A model generated the notes under the pieces. It made no database searches, was not told where the DNA came from, and saw only the letters and a list, made by a program, of their open reading frames with translations. Positions 12,744-24,589 of a DNA stretch of 64,000 nucleotides are shown here, piece by piece. The stretch's first letter is position 1; every line of letters begins with the position of its first letter. Source of the DNA: Octopus sinensis (lineage: Eukaryota); NCBI RefSeq assembly GCF_006345805.1, contig NW_021836127.1, positions 208,012 through 272,011 on the forward strand, given 5' to 3'. Position numbers and translations under genes: made by a program.

Positions 12744-13250
12744 ACCAAAAAATTCTTTTTTTTAAAATTTTATGTTAACCATATTTAGTGTGTCGGCAAT
12801 ATTTCCCTGTATTCCAGAAATAAAGCCTACACAATCTTTAGACGTAATGGTTTTCATGCTATCCACAATTATTTGTTCAAGTATCCGTGTTCGATACTCT
12901 TTAATTGATAAGCCTTCTCCCTGTTGAATTCAAATTTTTGTTTTATTCCATGAAGGGTAATTGTGCTATCGTCTTCAATGCATGATATTAAAAAGTCGAC
13001 ATGTTCTTTGTCAAACTTTTTTCTATAATTTCCACCTCTCGTGTCAGGTTTAACTCCATCCCTTATCCAACGATATGCTGTTGTTCTCGAGATATTGAGT
13101 TCAAGTGCTGTTTTTTTCCAATCTCCACCTGATTCTGCAGCTGAAATTAAATGTATTTTATTTCTATGCATTTGATTTTTCTCTTCCAATGATTTACGTG
13201 GCATTTTTATTTGCTGCGCCGAAATATAATATTTATAATAAACGTAATCC

Positions 13251-13503
13251 ACTTAGTTTGACGTTAATCCCACATAGTTTGACCTTAATCCCACTTTGTT
13301 TGACGTTAATCCCACATAGTTTGACCTTAATCCCACTTTGTTTGACGTTAATCCCACATAGTTTGACCTTAATCCCACTTTGTTTGACGTTAATCCCACA
13401 TAGTTTGACCTTAATCCCACTTTGTTTGACGTTAATCCCACATAGTTTGACCTTAATCCCACTTTGTTTGACGTTAATCCCACATAGTTTGACGTTAATC
13501 CCA
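13251..13503 (-). repeat. 12 x 21-bp tandem array, right arm (inverted)
   Basis: Reverse complement of the left-arm units. Confidence 0.95.
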
Positions 13504-14805
13504 TTTAGTATAGGAAATGGTATAGAATCGGAAGTTGTATCTTGGCTCGAACAAATAGAATTGGCTGGAGGATTTCTTGATGACAATGCAATTTTATTAA
13601 AAGCAAAAAGTATTGCAAGATTACATGGAATAACTGATTTTATAGGAAGCAATGGATGGCTTTCCAGATTCAAACAGAGAAACAATTTAAAATTAAGATT
13701 ATTCCATGGAGAATCTGGCTCAATAACTGAAAATCTAAATGAGCAAATTGAAAAATTTCAAATAATTTTATCTACGAAAGTACAACAATATGATCGTGAA
13801 AAAGTTTACAATGGTGACGAAACTGGTGTTTTTTTTTTAAAAATGTTCCTTCAAAAAGCATTTGCTCAAAAACTCGACCTGGAAATAAAATCCTTAAAGA
13901 TCGGTTGAAACTTTATTAATCATTAGTAGATTTTCGCTATTTCTGTGTACAAATATGGTCGGGTCAGATAAGAAAATTCCATTAATGACTGGGAAATATC
14001 AGAAACCAAGATGTTTTAAAAACATTAAAATTGAGAAATATTTAAAATACTGTCATTCCTCAAAAGCATGGATGACTCAAAAAATTTTTAATGAATGGCT
14101 TTATAATTGGGATATTGAATTAAAAAAGAAAAATTCTTTTAATTATTGACCAATGACCATCACATAAAATATTAATCGAATTAAAATTTATTGAAATTCT
14201 TGTTCTTCCTCCGAACACCTCAACAATATTGCAGCCGATGGATCAAGGAATAATTCGTTCCTTTAAAACTAATTGCAATAAGTTCAAATTTAATGAAATT
14301 CTTCAGAAAATTAAATGCGGATATGGCATTCATGAATCATACAAAAATTTAAAACTTAAAGATGGAGTTTTATTTACCTATTTTGGTTGGAATGAAGTCA
14401 TCAAATAAACTATCAAAAATTGTTTCAGGCATGCTAAGTGGATTCCATATGAAGAGGAAATTCAATCTTCTAACTATACGATTGAGAAATATGAGGAGAC
14501 AATAAAGCAATTGAATATTTTGGATCCAATGGAACAATCAGATTTTCTTGATTACACGTACACTGAAATAGACGAAGTGGAAGAATCCCTCAAAAACGAT
14601 GATGACGTAAATGAGAAATAAACACGTGGTATTTTTGAAGAGAAAACACCTGCGAATGAAATAAATCATGAAGATGCGTTTAAAATGTTGCATAATATCA
14701 AAAAGTACTATACTCAAGACGATATTTTTAATATTAACGCAATTCAAATGATCAATCAATTAATCGAAGATACAATGTTTACTAAAAAAACAATTAAATT
14801 AAATG

Positions 14806-14925
14806 TGGAGAAAAAAGACGGCGGCATTAGGCCTATTGCCGTCGGAAATGTTTTCCGCCGTTTGTTTGCAAAAGTCGGGTGCAAACTGGTAATTCCGTCT
14901 ATTAGTGACGAACTCCAGCCCATTT
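14806..14925 (+). mobile_element. Short internal CRE-like RT fragment inside the pogo 3' end
   Basis: EKKDGGIRPIAVGNVFRRLFAKV motif; GC-richer than the flanks. Confidence 0.8.
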
Positions 14926-15048
14926 CGTCTTTCAACATTTAATTTAATTATTTTTAATTTTGTGAATATAAAATTTGATTAAAATTTGATAGTGAGTATT
15001 CAGTTACTCGCCAAATACAGTTACTCGCCATTTTTGGCTTGGTCCCAA

Positions 15049-16332
15049 ACATGTACACACATGGTCATCTTGTTATGAAGTACCAAACCTCCACATCCTG
15101 TTACATGAGGATATGGTTTTGGCAAACGTATACATGTGCACACAACAGGATCCAACTTACGCCAACCAAAGAGGAGGCGCTGTATGCAGTTGACCAGTAC
15201 AGGGCTGGAAATATGGAGAAGTACAAGACTAATCCTGATTATCCGGATGACGTGTCAAGATTCTTTGTTGACGTGACCAACTACCTAGAGTCCCTTTCCG
15301 TCTCTGCCTGCAGGCACTGTCTTCAGCGGTGGTGTTTGCAATACAACAGCCTGTTACCTCAGCGACAAGTCCATATATGTCGAGCTGTACAAAGATCTCA
15401 CAAGTACGATCTCACTTTCCCACCTTGAAGATGACACGTATACAACGATATGGGACCAATCTTTCCACATCGACAAAACATGTTGCTTCCAATACTGCGG
15501 GAATTATTATTGGTCCTCATATGAAGGATTGATGATAAACGCAAATGGAGATTGTCCAAGAATGTGCCTTGGTCGACCCCATGCGATGAAGCCAGGTTGG
15601 AAACTGCAAGGAGAAGAGCTATCCATTGACATGCAGTTTAGGGTGCATGACTGTGAGATTCTTCTGCTGAGGTAGGACTCACATGAAAGTAAATACGGCC
15701 GATCTCCATTACTTGACACCGATCAACAAGTCGTACAGTCATGTGTAACTAAAATGGCCATGTATGAATGGATTGATCAGAATGGAATGCTACGTCCATG
15801 CTGCATAGGACCCTGGTGCATCAATCAACGCGATTGGACATCAGGGCTCGTCAAGCCATATTGCCTAGCAGACACCTTCTTTGTCAACGGAATATATGTT
15901 GACCGCGATTTGAAGTTACGGATCCCATACGATTACACAGCTGATCAAGAGTATCATGCCGAGTTTAACATCTCTTCGTTTATGACGGATATTGTTCCAT
16001 GATAAAACTGCAATCAAAAAGACCATCGAAACCAATTACTCAGACCTATTTGGTCAATTGGGTCAAAAATAGCTGCAGCCGCGAAATTCGTTGGTGTCGT
16101 GGTTCTGCGTTTTATTGCCATTTATATTTTGTGGCCATACATCCACAGGAGGCACATTCATGACCGTGTTGAAAGATTACACAAAAGGGCATTGGGGAGG
16201 TATCAAAAATGGAGAAGGAGAAGGTCAATTCAAGAGGTTGACGACCCTATTGAGCTGGCGTCCGGGTCAGAGCTCACAGTGCAGAGAGTTCTCAAAAATA
16301 TTTCTGTACCAGTCTCTTGTTCTTTACAATAA
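15049..16332 (+). pseudogene. Endogenous viral element: rhabdovirus-type (class III fusion) glycoprotein G, 5'-truncated and frameshifted
   Basis: Collinear G-like blocks GHLVMKYQTSTSCYMRIWFW, LTPTKEEALYAVDQYRAG..NPDYP, FSGGVCNTTAC, IDKTCCFQYCGNYYWSSYEGL, VNTADLHYLTP, VNGIYVDRDLKLRIPY, then hydrophobic FVGVVVLRFIAIYILW and a basic tail; intronless and GC-richer than host. Confidence 0.8.
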
Positions 16333-16429
16333 AAAATTCTGTTCTGTTATTTGTCATTTTATAATATTTATCTTGACAAAATAGATTTTGAAATAGAATT
16401 CAAATATTTATTTTGAATTTTCTTCCAAG

Positions 16430-18750
16430 TCAGAAAGTATAACCACCTAGGCTCGGTATGGTCTCACTTACTAGAAAAAGGTTGAAATTGCTCGACAACT
16501 AAAAAGTCATTCACACAGAGTACTTGCTCAAAAATATGAAACGGGCATTGGCACAATTGCTCGAATAAAAAAAACGATTACGCCGCAAATAACCTGTGGG
16601 AACATTATTCCAAATTTTCGGACTGAAACAAAAACTGACGATATTTTTAAAACATTGGATAGTAAAGTTCTCGACGTTTTTCAACAATTATGGCTCCAAA
16701 ATATTCCAGTTTCAGGTCCTCTTGTCAAAAAAATTGGTAATTTTACGTTTTCTCACATTGTTTTAAGGTTTGAAAATTGCGGGTAAATTGAACATTACAA
16801 GCTTTAAAGCATCGAATGGTTGGTTAATGAATTTTTAAAAAAGACATGAAATCAAATTCAAAATCCTTAGCGGCGAAAAAACTCATGTAATCGTGCTGGA
16901 ATTCAATCATTTTTAAAAGTTTTCCATTAAAAAATTGATCAATTTGGAAAAAATAATGGATCACATAAAACAAACGCCCCCAGGGGCGTTTGTTTAATAT
17001 GTGTGAAGTTAGGGGCGTTTGTTTAAAATGTGTTATATTGATGTTATAAAAAATTATATTATAATTTTTCCCATGTTTATTGTAGGTAGTACATACGAAA
17101 CAACTTTAAGAGAACTTCTAGGAAGTGATACAATCGGGATAATATCATTTTTTAAGGCAAAAAGTCTAATGAAATCAAAAATGATGTGTGTTTACTGCAG
17201 AACAGAAATGGTTTGGGTTTTCAAGCGTACCTTATCTGACCAATATACTTGGAAATGTCAGAATCAAAACTGTTCAAAATACAAGACCACATTGTCAATA
17301 CGAACAGGTTCTGTTTTGGCTACTTCGAGTATAAGTCTCAAAACATGGTTAGATATTTTGTATAGGTGGAGCAATGAAGAATCAATTGTTATGATTAAAA
17401 AATCACTGACCTTATCATCTCTAACACTTATAAAAATTTTTAAAACCATTAGAAAATGTATTAGCAGACACTTTGAAAGTAATCCCGTAAAATTATGTGG
17501 AGAAAATGTAGTCTGCCAAATCGATGAAAGTCTCTTTTGTCATAAACAAAAGTACCATCGGAGTAGACTTGCTAATTCTCAAGTGTGGGTATTCGGTATT
17601 GTTGATACCTCATTTTCACCGGCAAGAGGTTTTATGCGAGTGGTTCCAAATCGATCAGCGGCCACTTTAAACCAATTATCTGTGAAGTAATTCTGCCAGG
17701 ATCAATTATCCATAGTGATGAATGGAGGGCCTATTCCAATTTAAATGTTTTTGGATATGACCACGCTACTGTAAACCACTCAATTAACTTTATTGAACCA
17801 ACCATTGGTGTTCATGCCAAACATGTGGAGTCCTATTGGAATAAAAACAAATTGCGTTGTAAGAAAATGAAAGGTGTCAAAAAAGAATTTTTACAAGACT
17901 ACCTAAACAAATTTATGTGGTGTGACAACGTAATTGGTGATCCTTTTGAAAAGTTAATGGAGCTTTTGAAAAATTATTATGTTGTTCAATAAACTTGTTT
18001 CTGAAGTATAGTATTTATTTATAAATTTGATTTTTAGTTTTACATTACTTTAATGTTTTCGTCGAATGTTTGACATGTATAAATTTAGTGGCGTTTGTTT
18101 AATATGTGTAAATTTAGGGGCGTTTGTTTAATATGTGTAAATTTGGGGGCGTTTGTTTAATGTGATCCAAAATAATATCTTTAACATTGATGAAACTTGT
18201 CTTTTTATACAAAAGACCCCAAAAAATCATTCGTACAAAAAAATAAAAAAGCTTCAGGGTCTAAAATGAATAAAGAAAAAATTTCTTTGCTCTTTTGCTG
18301 CAGTTATTCAGGCCAAAAATTTGATCCTTTAATAATCGGGAAATTTAAAAATCCCAGATGTTTCAGAAATTTTAACCCTGAGGATTATGGTGCTATGTAC
18401 TCATCTTCCAAAAATGGCTGTATGACAAGAGATATTTTTATTCAATGGTTATTCTTAGTGAATGAACGAATGAAAATGGAAAAGAGAAAAATTTTAATAA
18501 TTCTTGATAACGCTTCGTGTCATGAAAATAAATCGCTCTCAAATATCGAATTGCTGTTTTTACCCAAAAATACAACTCCAATTCTTCAACCATTGGATAA
18601 TTGGATAATCAAAGCTTTTAAAGATAATTATTCGAAGGCGTTAATTGAATTTATTTGTTGAAAAGATGAAGAAGATTTTTACTGCGACTTACTTAAAAAA
18701 ATTAATTTACGCCAATCATTGATAATAGTATCGAAATCGTGGCAAATTCA
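16430..18750 (+). mobile_element. Decayed pogo/Tigger transposase split by a Merlin insertion
   Basis: NIPVSGPLVK, FKASNGWL; rejoined GKNN|IFNIDET; then LILDNASCH and FLPKNTTPILQPLD. Confidence 0.9.
16958..18168 (+). mobile_element. Merlin (IS1016/ISXO2-like) DNA transposon, near full length
   Basis: TIRs GGATCACATAAAACAAACGCCCC / GGGGCGTTTGTTTAATGTGATCC; 8-bp TSD AAAATAAT; transposase with CVYC..WKC, CQIDES, VWVFG, SDEWRAY, VNHS, ESYW; one frameshift near 17670. Confidence 0.95.
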
Positions 18751-18753
18751 GAT

Positions 18754-18910
18754 GATCCCGATTGCACATGCGGCTTTAACTATTGAGGTTTATCTGGGTT
18801 GAATTTTAATTAAATTAATAATTAGATGATAACGGTTTGTTTCTCTAACAGAATTTCCAGAATTTCTTTCACCAAATAAAAGTAACGGATTTCCCCCAAA
18901 CAGCACTCAT
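18754..18910 (-). pseudogene. TCP1: CCT1/TCP1 5' end: exon 1, first intron and start of exon 2
   Basis: NPLLLFGERNSGNSVRETN, a GT-AG intron, then KAACAIG; 18754-18820 duplicates 11997-12063. Confidence 0.8.
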
Positions 18911-19039
18911 GTAGCCTAAGAACTAAAACGTGTTTTATATATTTTTTGAATTACATTTATTTACAAAAATTGTATTATGTCGCGTCCCATGGTGGTAACA
19001 CTTCCCGAAAACATTTTTATATGTTTATAAAACGTGCGT

Positions 19040-19330
19040 CGAACCATTTCTTGGAAAACGTATAATTCTTCATACGAACAAAGGGAAGGAATTTGTCAAC
19101 GAAAGGATTTCCCGATTGTGTGATAAGTACAGGATAAACACGTGAGAGGTCATACAAGGTGCCCATGGGTGCAGGGCAGATAGAAAAATTAAACCAATCC
19201 TTGAAATATATGTTTTCCTCCACCTGTTTGTCTGAGAACCTCAAATATAAATGAATTTGAATAAAAGACAGAACAAGGAGTTCATATAACTCAACGGTAC
19301 ATTCCACTATGTCGTTTGCATCGTTCAGAG
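19040..19330 (+). mobile_element. Second rve integrase fragment of the same Ginger-like family, intronless in this span
   Basis: IILHTNKGKEFVN...RGHTRCPWVQGQIEKLNQSLK. Confidence 0.75.
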
Positions 19331-19469
19331 TTATGTTTGGAGAAAATGCTGATCAGTCGGCAAACATAGCGAAGAAGAACTTGTTCTCTTATTCGCAAAA
19401 TTCATGTATTAATCCATGTGGATGAAAAAAATGACGTAGAGAATTACATGGCAAAACGGCAGTTCATTC

Positions 19470-19850
19470 GATCCGTGAACTTATTGAATCCTCCGAGGCG
19501 CCAATCATGGTTTAACTAGACGTCTCGAACGCCTTCAATTCCATCAGACGTGACCACCTACTGGAGTGCTGCCGCGAACTGGTTCCGTTCGCTTATCCCC
19601 TCGTACATCTTTCATACGCTTCCCCAAGTGTCCTTATGTTCGGTGATGTTCCTATCTCTTCATCTACAGGGCTCCAGCAGGGCGATCCACTGGGTCCTGT
19701 TCTTTTTTCTTGTGCGTCATGGAACGCACACTATCTTTCCGAACCCCGAAGATGATATCAAAGAAAGTGATGTTAAATGGGCCGTAAATGAATTGCCTTG
19801 CAACAAGGCGCCTGGCCCGGACGATATTTCAAGCGAGATGCTTAAGGTGA
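19470..19850 (+). mobile_element. CRE-like RT fragment abutting a LINE (RTE/L2-like) pre-RT fragment
   Basis: LDVSNAFNSIRRD and GLQQGDPLGPVLF, then NKAPGPDDISSEMLK at about 19745-19850. Confidence 0.8.
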
Positions 19851-20284
19851 GCTTTTTGAACTATTAACGAATATTTCTTGATGTTCTAACAAATCCATTA
19901 AATATGCAAGTTTGTGCTTATTGAAATTCGTTTTGAAATTTTTTATGACTCCCAGGTCCATTGGCTGGACCAAGCCTGTACTATTTCGCGGTATAAACAT
20001 GATTTCAATATTAGACAAATCTTCTGGTATGCAATGGGAAGAAAAGTTATCCAGAATAACCAAAATTTGTTTTCTCTGTAATTTTAGATTCATATCAAAG
20101 TTTATTAGCCAATCTATGAAGATTTTCCCAGTCATCTAAGCAGGCTGGGAGCTATAAAATTTGTGGCCAATCTGAGAACTGGCCATTTTGCAGAGTTTTT
20201 TCAATTTTCCAGAGGTAAATTGTTAAAAATGGCCAATTTGAGAGGTGGCCAGTTAGAGAGGTGACAATTTGAGAGGGTTGAGTG
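19842..20284 (-). mobile_element. pogo/Tigger fragment with one terminal region
   Basis: ILVILDNFSSH and FIPRNSTGLVQPMDLGVIKNFK; repeated CCTCTCAAATTG subterminal motifs near 20230-20284. Confidence 0.85.
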
Positions 20285-20823
20285 AATTTCATTCTCAAGA
20301 ATCTTGAGTCAGAATTATAAAGATATATATTTTACTAAAATGAAAAATTAAATACTAACAAAATAAAAATAGAATATATAGAAATTAAGTTAATTCAAAA
20401 AATCAATATTAATGGAGATTAATTAATTGATAAAATGAAAAAAATTCGCTTGCAAAATAAACTTTATCCAAGATATTTTACTAGTAGTCAATTTAATTAA
20501 TCTTCACAAAAATAGAAAAGCAAAAATATTATAAAAATAAAACATTTATTTCAATAAATGATCAAATAAAATTAAAAACAAAAATGCACAACAAAACAAC
20601 AGAATATGACGTGCTAAACACGTGAACAATTTATCGTATTTAATTCAATAACTCAAAAACATTTAGAAAATAAAATAAATAAAATTTAATATTTTCAGTC
20701 TGTTTTACATTAGCACAAAATATGAATTCAACCAATTAACATCAATGAAGACGTCCGATGTAAAAACATACCAATTTCTTTTCAGACGAAAAGGACAAAC
20801 AAAATCATGTAATTAATGACTTT
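20285..20823. repeat. Dispersed A-rich repeat of about 530 bp, copy B
   Basis: Collinear with 9766-10294. Confidence 0.9.
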
Positions 20824-20884
20824 GAAAAAACAAACATAATAACACCTAAAGAGAGTCAATACAGATTAGGAAATTATGACTCGC

Positions 20885-21530
20885 CAAAAGCTGGCTGCAC
20901 CGCGGATAACAAACGAATTGCCTCGCAAGATTGCTATAGATACCTTCTGGTACAGTCACCTGGTTTCCCGGTAGTCATTCGTGTTCTTTTCAACGAGCTT
21001 CACGATGATCGAAAGAACCCTCTTCCCAGCAGTCCAAATCACGCCGCTCGTTTCCACAGCAATTGGAACAAAGTGGTATGAGTCAGGAAGTGACGCGTAC
21101 TTGCTCCGCTTGTTTTTCTTCGGCCCGACAAGAGACGAAGCCAGAACACGATGCAGACTGAGTAACGGTTCCCCGAGAGAAAAGATGTCAGCACAGGTTA
21201 CATCCCAAACGAGACATTCCCCTTGCTGTGTGGGAATAGTCATTCCGTCCGGACGCTTGCCGTCTCCGCGATCAAGACCAGTGAGCTTCAGAACCGAAGG
21301 GAAGACTGCGACATTAAGTCCTAGTTTGACGACGTTGTTCAAACTGGAGTGTCTCGAGGTACGTCCACTACTTGACCGACAAGAAATAGGATGGAGGTTA
21401 TCCGAGACCATCAACTACCCGCATTTGCATGAATGGGGTGGCAAAGAATGATTCCGAGTCGTAAACAATTACCGAGTCGAACTAACTCATCATCCAAAAG
21501 TATCCAGCCGAGGATAGTGGGACGGCATTT
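20885..21530 (-). mobile_element. CRE-like retrotransposon RLE domain
   Basis: HPISCRSSSGRTSRH, GLDRGDGKRPDGMT, WDVTC, FVPIAVETSG, IAILRGN. Confidence 0.9.
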
Positions 21531-21689
21531 AACAGTTTAACCAGTGTGTTGCAGTGGAGAGAAATCGAGAGTAAAAGAAAATTAAGTCAGTTCGAAATGT
21601 TCAGAAGAGGGAAAAAAACACAATTCACAAAATTTCTAGATTCCGAGAGGAGAGCAAAAATTATTTTAGCAACGTTCTCCCTGATCTAA

Positions 21690-22325
21690 TTTCCACGTCA
21701 GTTTGGCGTTGGTGTCCGAGATGCCTGTGAAGCATCTGCCTACGGACTAAGGGAACTGGCCACAAAGCCAACTCCCAAATCCCGTTTCTCGTTAAGCTTG
21801 ATGTGTGCAACGCCTTCTACAGTGTTCAGCAAAGGGATCCATTAAGGTCTCTCCTATTTGCCCTCGCAGTGAACCATATTTCCCAAAGACTGTCAAGCCC
21901 GCTCAATTTCTGGTATCTTGACAATATCACCTTGGGTGGTTCGCTTGAATCCATACGCAACAATGTTAATGATATTATTTAGGGTTTTTGCCAAATCAGG
22001 CTATCCCTTAATGGCTCCAAGTCGGAGATTACTTGGCTTTCTTCTGACTACTCTTTATTTGATTAGACCTTTGTATCCCTTTCTGAGAAGGTTGTCGGTC
22101 TCAGATCTGACAAATCTGGTTGTCCTTGGTTCGACAATCTCCAATGGAAGAATGTCCACTGTTATCGCAGATATTAAACGTGAGTTAATTCTGACCCTAG
22201 AACGAATCTCCGACTTGAAGTACACGTAGGGCGATTTCCTGTTAAAAACTATCTTTGTACCCGGCGTCTCACCTACTTACTCGTTTCATCCGCAAGTTTC
22301 CCGGAACCCGACTTGTTGTCTGACC
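21690..22325 (+). mobile_element. CRE-like RT fragment
   Basis: QFGVGV, KLDVCNAF, VQQRDPL and NFWYLDNITLG motifs. Confidence 0.8.
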
Positions 22326-22631
22326 TTTAAGTCTTTTTAGCAAAAAATAGATGGCTTGTTTTTAAACTCTCCTATGAGGACTAGAACAGTCCCGCATAGG
22401 TTTTCCTCTGTAAAGACAAGCATAGGTAGGTATTTCCCTTTTCTCATAGTGTTGATACGTGTATCTTCATAACGCCAGATACACTTGGTGGTATTAAAAT
22501 AAAAGACAGTCGTAAAAGACAGTCGTGCATCAAGCAACATTATTGTATGCACAAGTTCTTTTGTGTGAGAGATTGAGCATATGTCCGAATAGTGTAACAA
22601 AGGGTGACGGAGTTTAAAAAAGAATGTTGTA

Positions 22632-23953
22632 CAGTCCGACCCCGAATTGGGGCAGACCCCAGGGGTGGGACATTCTCGGATTTTGGGGCACTTTTTTTTG
22701 GCCAACATTTTGGCAGAGTAAAATGGAAAATCGATAAAAAAATACGGAAATTTTGGAGCACTATAAAATTGTGGGGAATTAAATTATAAGTAAATAAAAT
22801 TATATTTTATTAATAAATACATAATTTAAATTTACACGTTTATTTACATTTTTTTGTTGTCAATGGTTATAAACTACGAAACAAATTTAAAGATTGCTAA
22901 ATTGATATCGAAGAAAAAATTATCTGAAAGACAGATAATTCAAAAATATAAAACTAGCAAAGGCATGATTTCACGAATAAAAAAACAATTGTGCCTTTTC
23001 TTGAACAAGGAACTGTAAACACGGATGAAGATCCTATGCCTTATTGTGAGAAATCGAAATTTGATGATCAAGTTTTTGAAATATTTTAGAAACTACGGGA
23101 AGATAAAGTTCCAATATCAGGTCCTTTCATAAAGAAAATCGCCTTATATACGGCTTCAAAGATTGGATTTGATTCCTTCAAAGCTTCAAACGGCTGGGTT
23201 GACAGATTCAAAAAGCGTCATGAACTGAGATTCAAATCAATTTGCGGAGAGAAAAATTCATCTGACTTAACTTACATCAATGAGTTTTTTAAAATCCTTG
23301 ACGAGAAAATTGCGGAATATGGAAGAGAAAATGTGTTTAATTGTGATGAAACAGCGCTTTATATAAAAAGGACACCGAGATTATTACTCAAATTATCTGA
23401 TTCAGTTTTTGTGCTTTGAGGATGATGGTGATGAATTCAAACGGTCGATAAACAAAATAAACCTTCGTCAGGTAATCCTGCTAATTTCTAAAAGCTGGGA
23501 AAAACTTGATCCAAGTTTAATATTTAATTGTTGGAATCAAATTGAAAAGATTCGTGATTCCGTAAGAATTGAAGATAGCATTACAGAAGAATTAATCAAC
23601 AATGCCGTAAACGAAACATTGGGTGTGGAAAATGACGAATTCGTCGATAATATTTATAACGAAGGTTTAGAAAACGACAACATGGAAACAAGTCTAAGAG
23701 AAACGTAAGATTCTCTTGATCAGTTAGAAAAGAAAATTTTTTACATATCTCCTGAAATGCTCAAAGAATTTTACGATTTTCGACTTAATTTTATGAAAAA
23801 TGTAAGAAGTAAAAGGAAAACTGGGAATAAATTAACTGATTATTTTTCTAAAATTGATTTTTGATGTTTAAAAATCTCTGTTTTTATTAAACCCCTGTTT
23901 TTGGGCACCCCCGCTTTTTGGGGCACTTGGTGCCCCAATTCGGGGTCGGACTG
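22632..23953 (+). mobile_element. Internally deleted pogo/Tigger element with both TIRs
   Basis: Perfect TIR CAGTCCGACCCCGAATTGGGGCA with TA on both sides; FKASNGWVDRFKKR and FNCDET present, rest of the DDE core deleted. Confidence 0.95.
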
Positions 23954-24589
23954 TATACGCCCAATAATGAACATTTGGATTAATTACTAAAAAGATCAAA
24001 ATAGTATGTAGATAAAAATAATTTTAATTCAAAAAACCCATAAAAATCTCAAAATAATTAAAAAATTCAAAATAATCAAAATAATTAATTTAAAAGAATC
24101 AAAATTGATTTGTATCAGGACTCTCTATGGCAATCGCGATGATTATCCATTTGCCCATACGGCCACTCATTATTTTTTTATTCTATAAAAATATTTTAAT
24201 ATTTTATCAAGTTCAATGTAAAATTAGATTAAACGTTTTTTTCTTTATTCTCCGTTTGTGAACAACTTACCCCTTATTTACAGTCTACTGAGTTCTCAAA
24301 TAAACGCATTATCACTACATTCAAAAGAAAAAAGCGCCCAATCCTTTTTATCACGACCACAGAAAACTACTATAAGAAAATTGAAGAGCCGAATGCTACC
24401 CCCCAGAGCATGAAACTTTAACTGAGTTTTAAAACCGGCAACCTCAGAGGCGATATACAATGTTATTGGTAGCTACGAACAAAATTCGTGGATCAGCATC
24501 AACTAAAACATAAGAACCCCCATCTAATACTAGTTTTGCTCATGTTTACGAACAACGTTGAATTCTATAGTAATTAACATGATAAGACA

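Larger units (their letters stand above)
12463..13522 (-). mobile_element. Internally deleted Tc1/IS630-like element with fold-back arms of about 280 bp
   Basis: Perfect terminal IR TACCATTTCCTATACTAAATGGGATTAACGTC; TA TSD whose removal restores the host frame KFPA-L-ESEV; ORF from 13204 has HTH ALELNISRTTAYRW joined out of frame to the transposase C-terminus with no DDE domain. Confidence 0.9.
12064..15048 (+). mobile_element. pogo/Tigger transposon, interrupted and missing its right tip
   Basis: TA|CAGTCAAACCCCGGTTAGTCGCC left TIR; subterminal CAGTTACTCGCC repeats at both ends; transposase from ATG 12229 with GSNGWLSRFKQR, YNGDETG, KAWMT, LPPNTSTILQPMDQG. Confidence 0.9.

Noticed and set aside
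12482-13503. 21-bp arrays as a CRISPR array or as repeat proteins (GINVKLC, LTLIPHS ORFs)
   Set aside because: There are no unique spacers or cas genes; the arrays are inverted arms of a TA-flanked transposon, and the ORFs arise because the unit is a multiple of 3.
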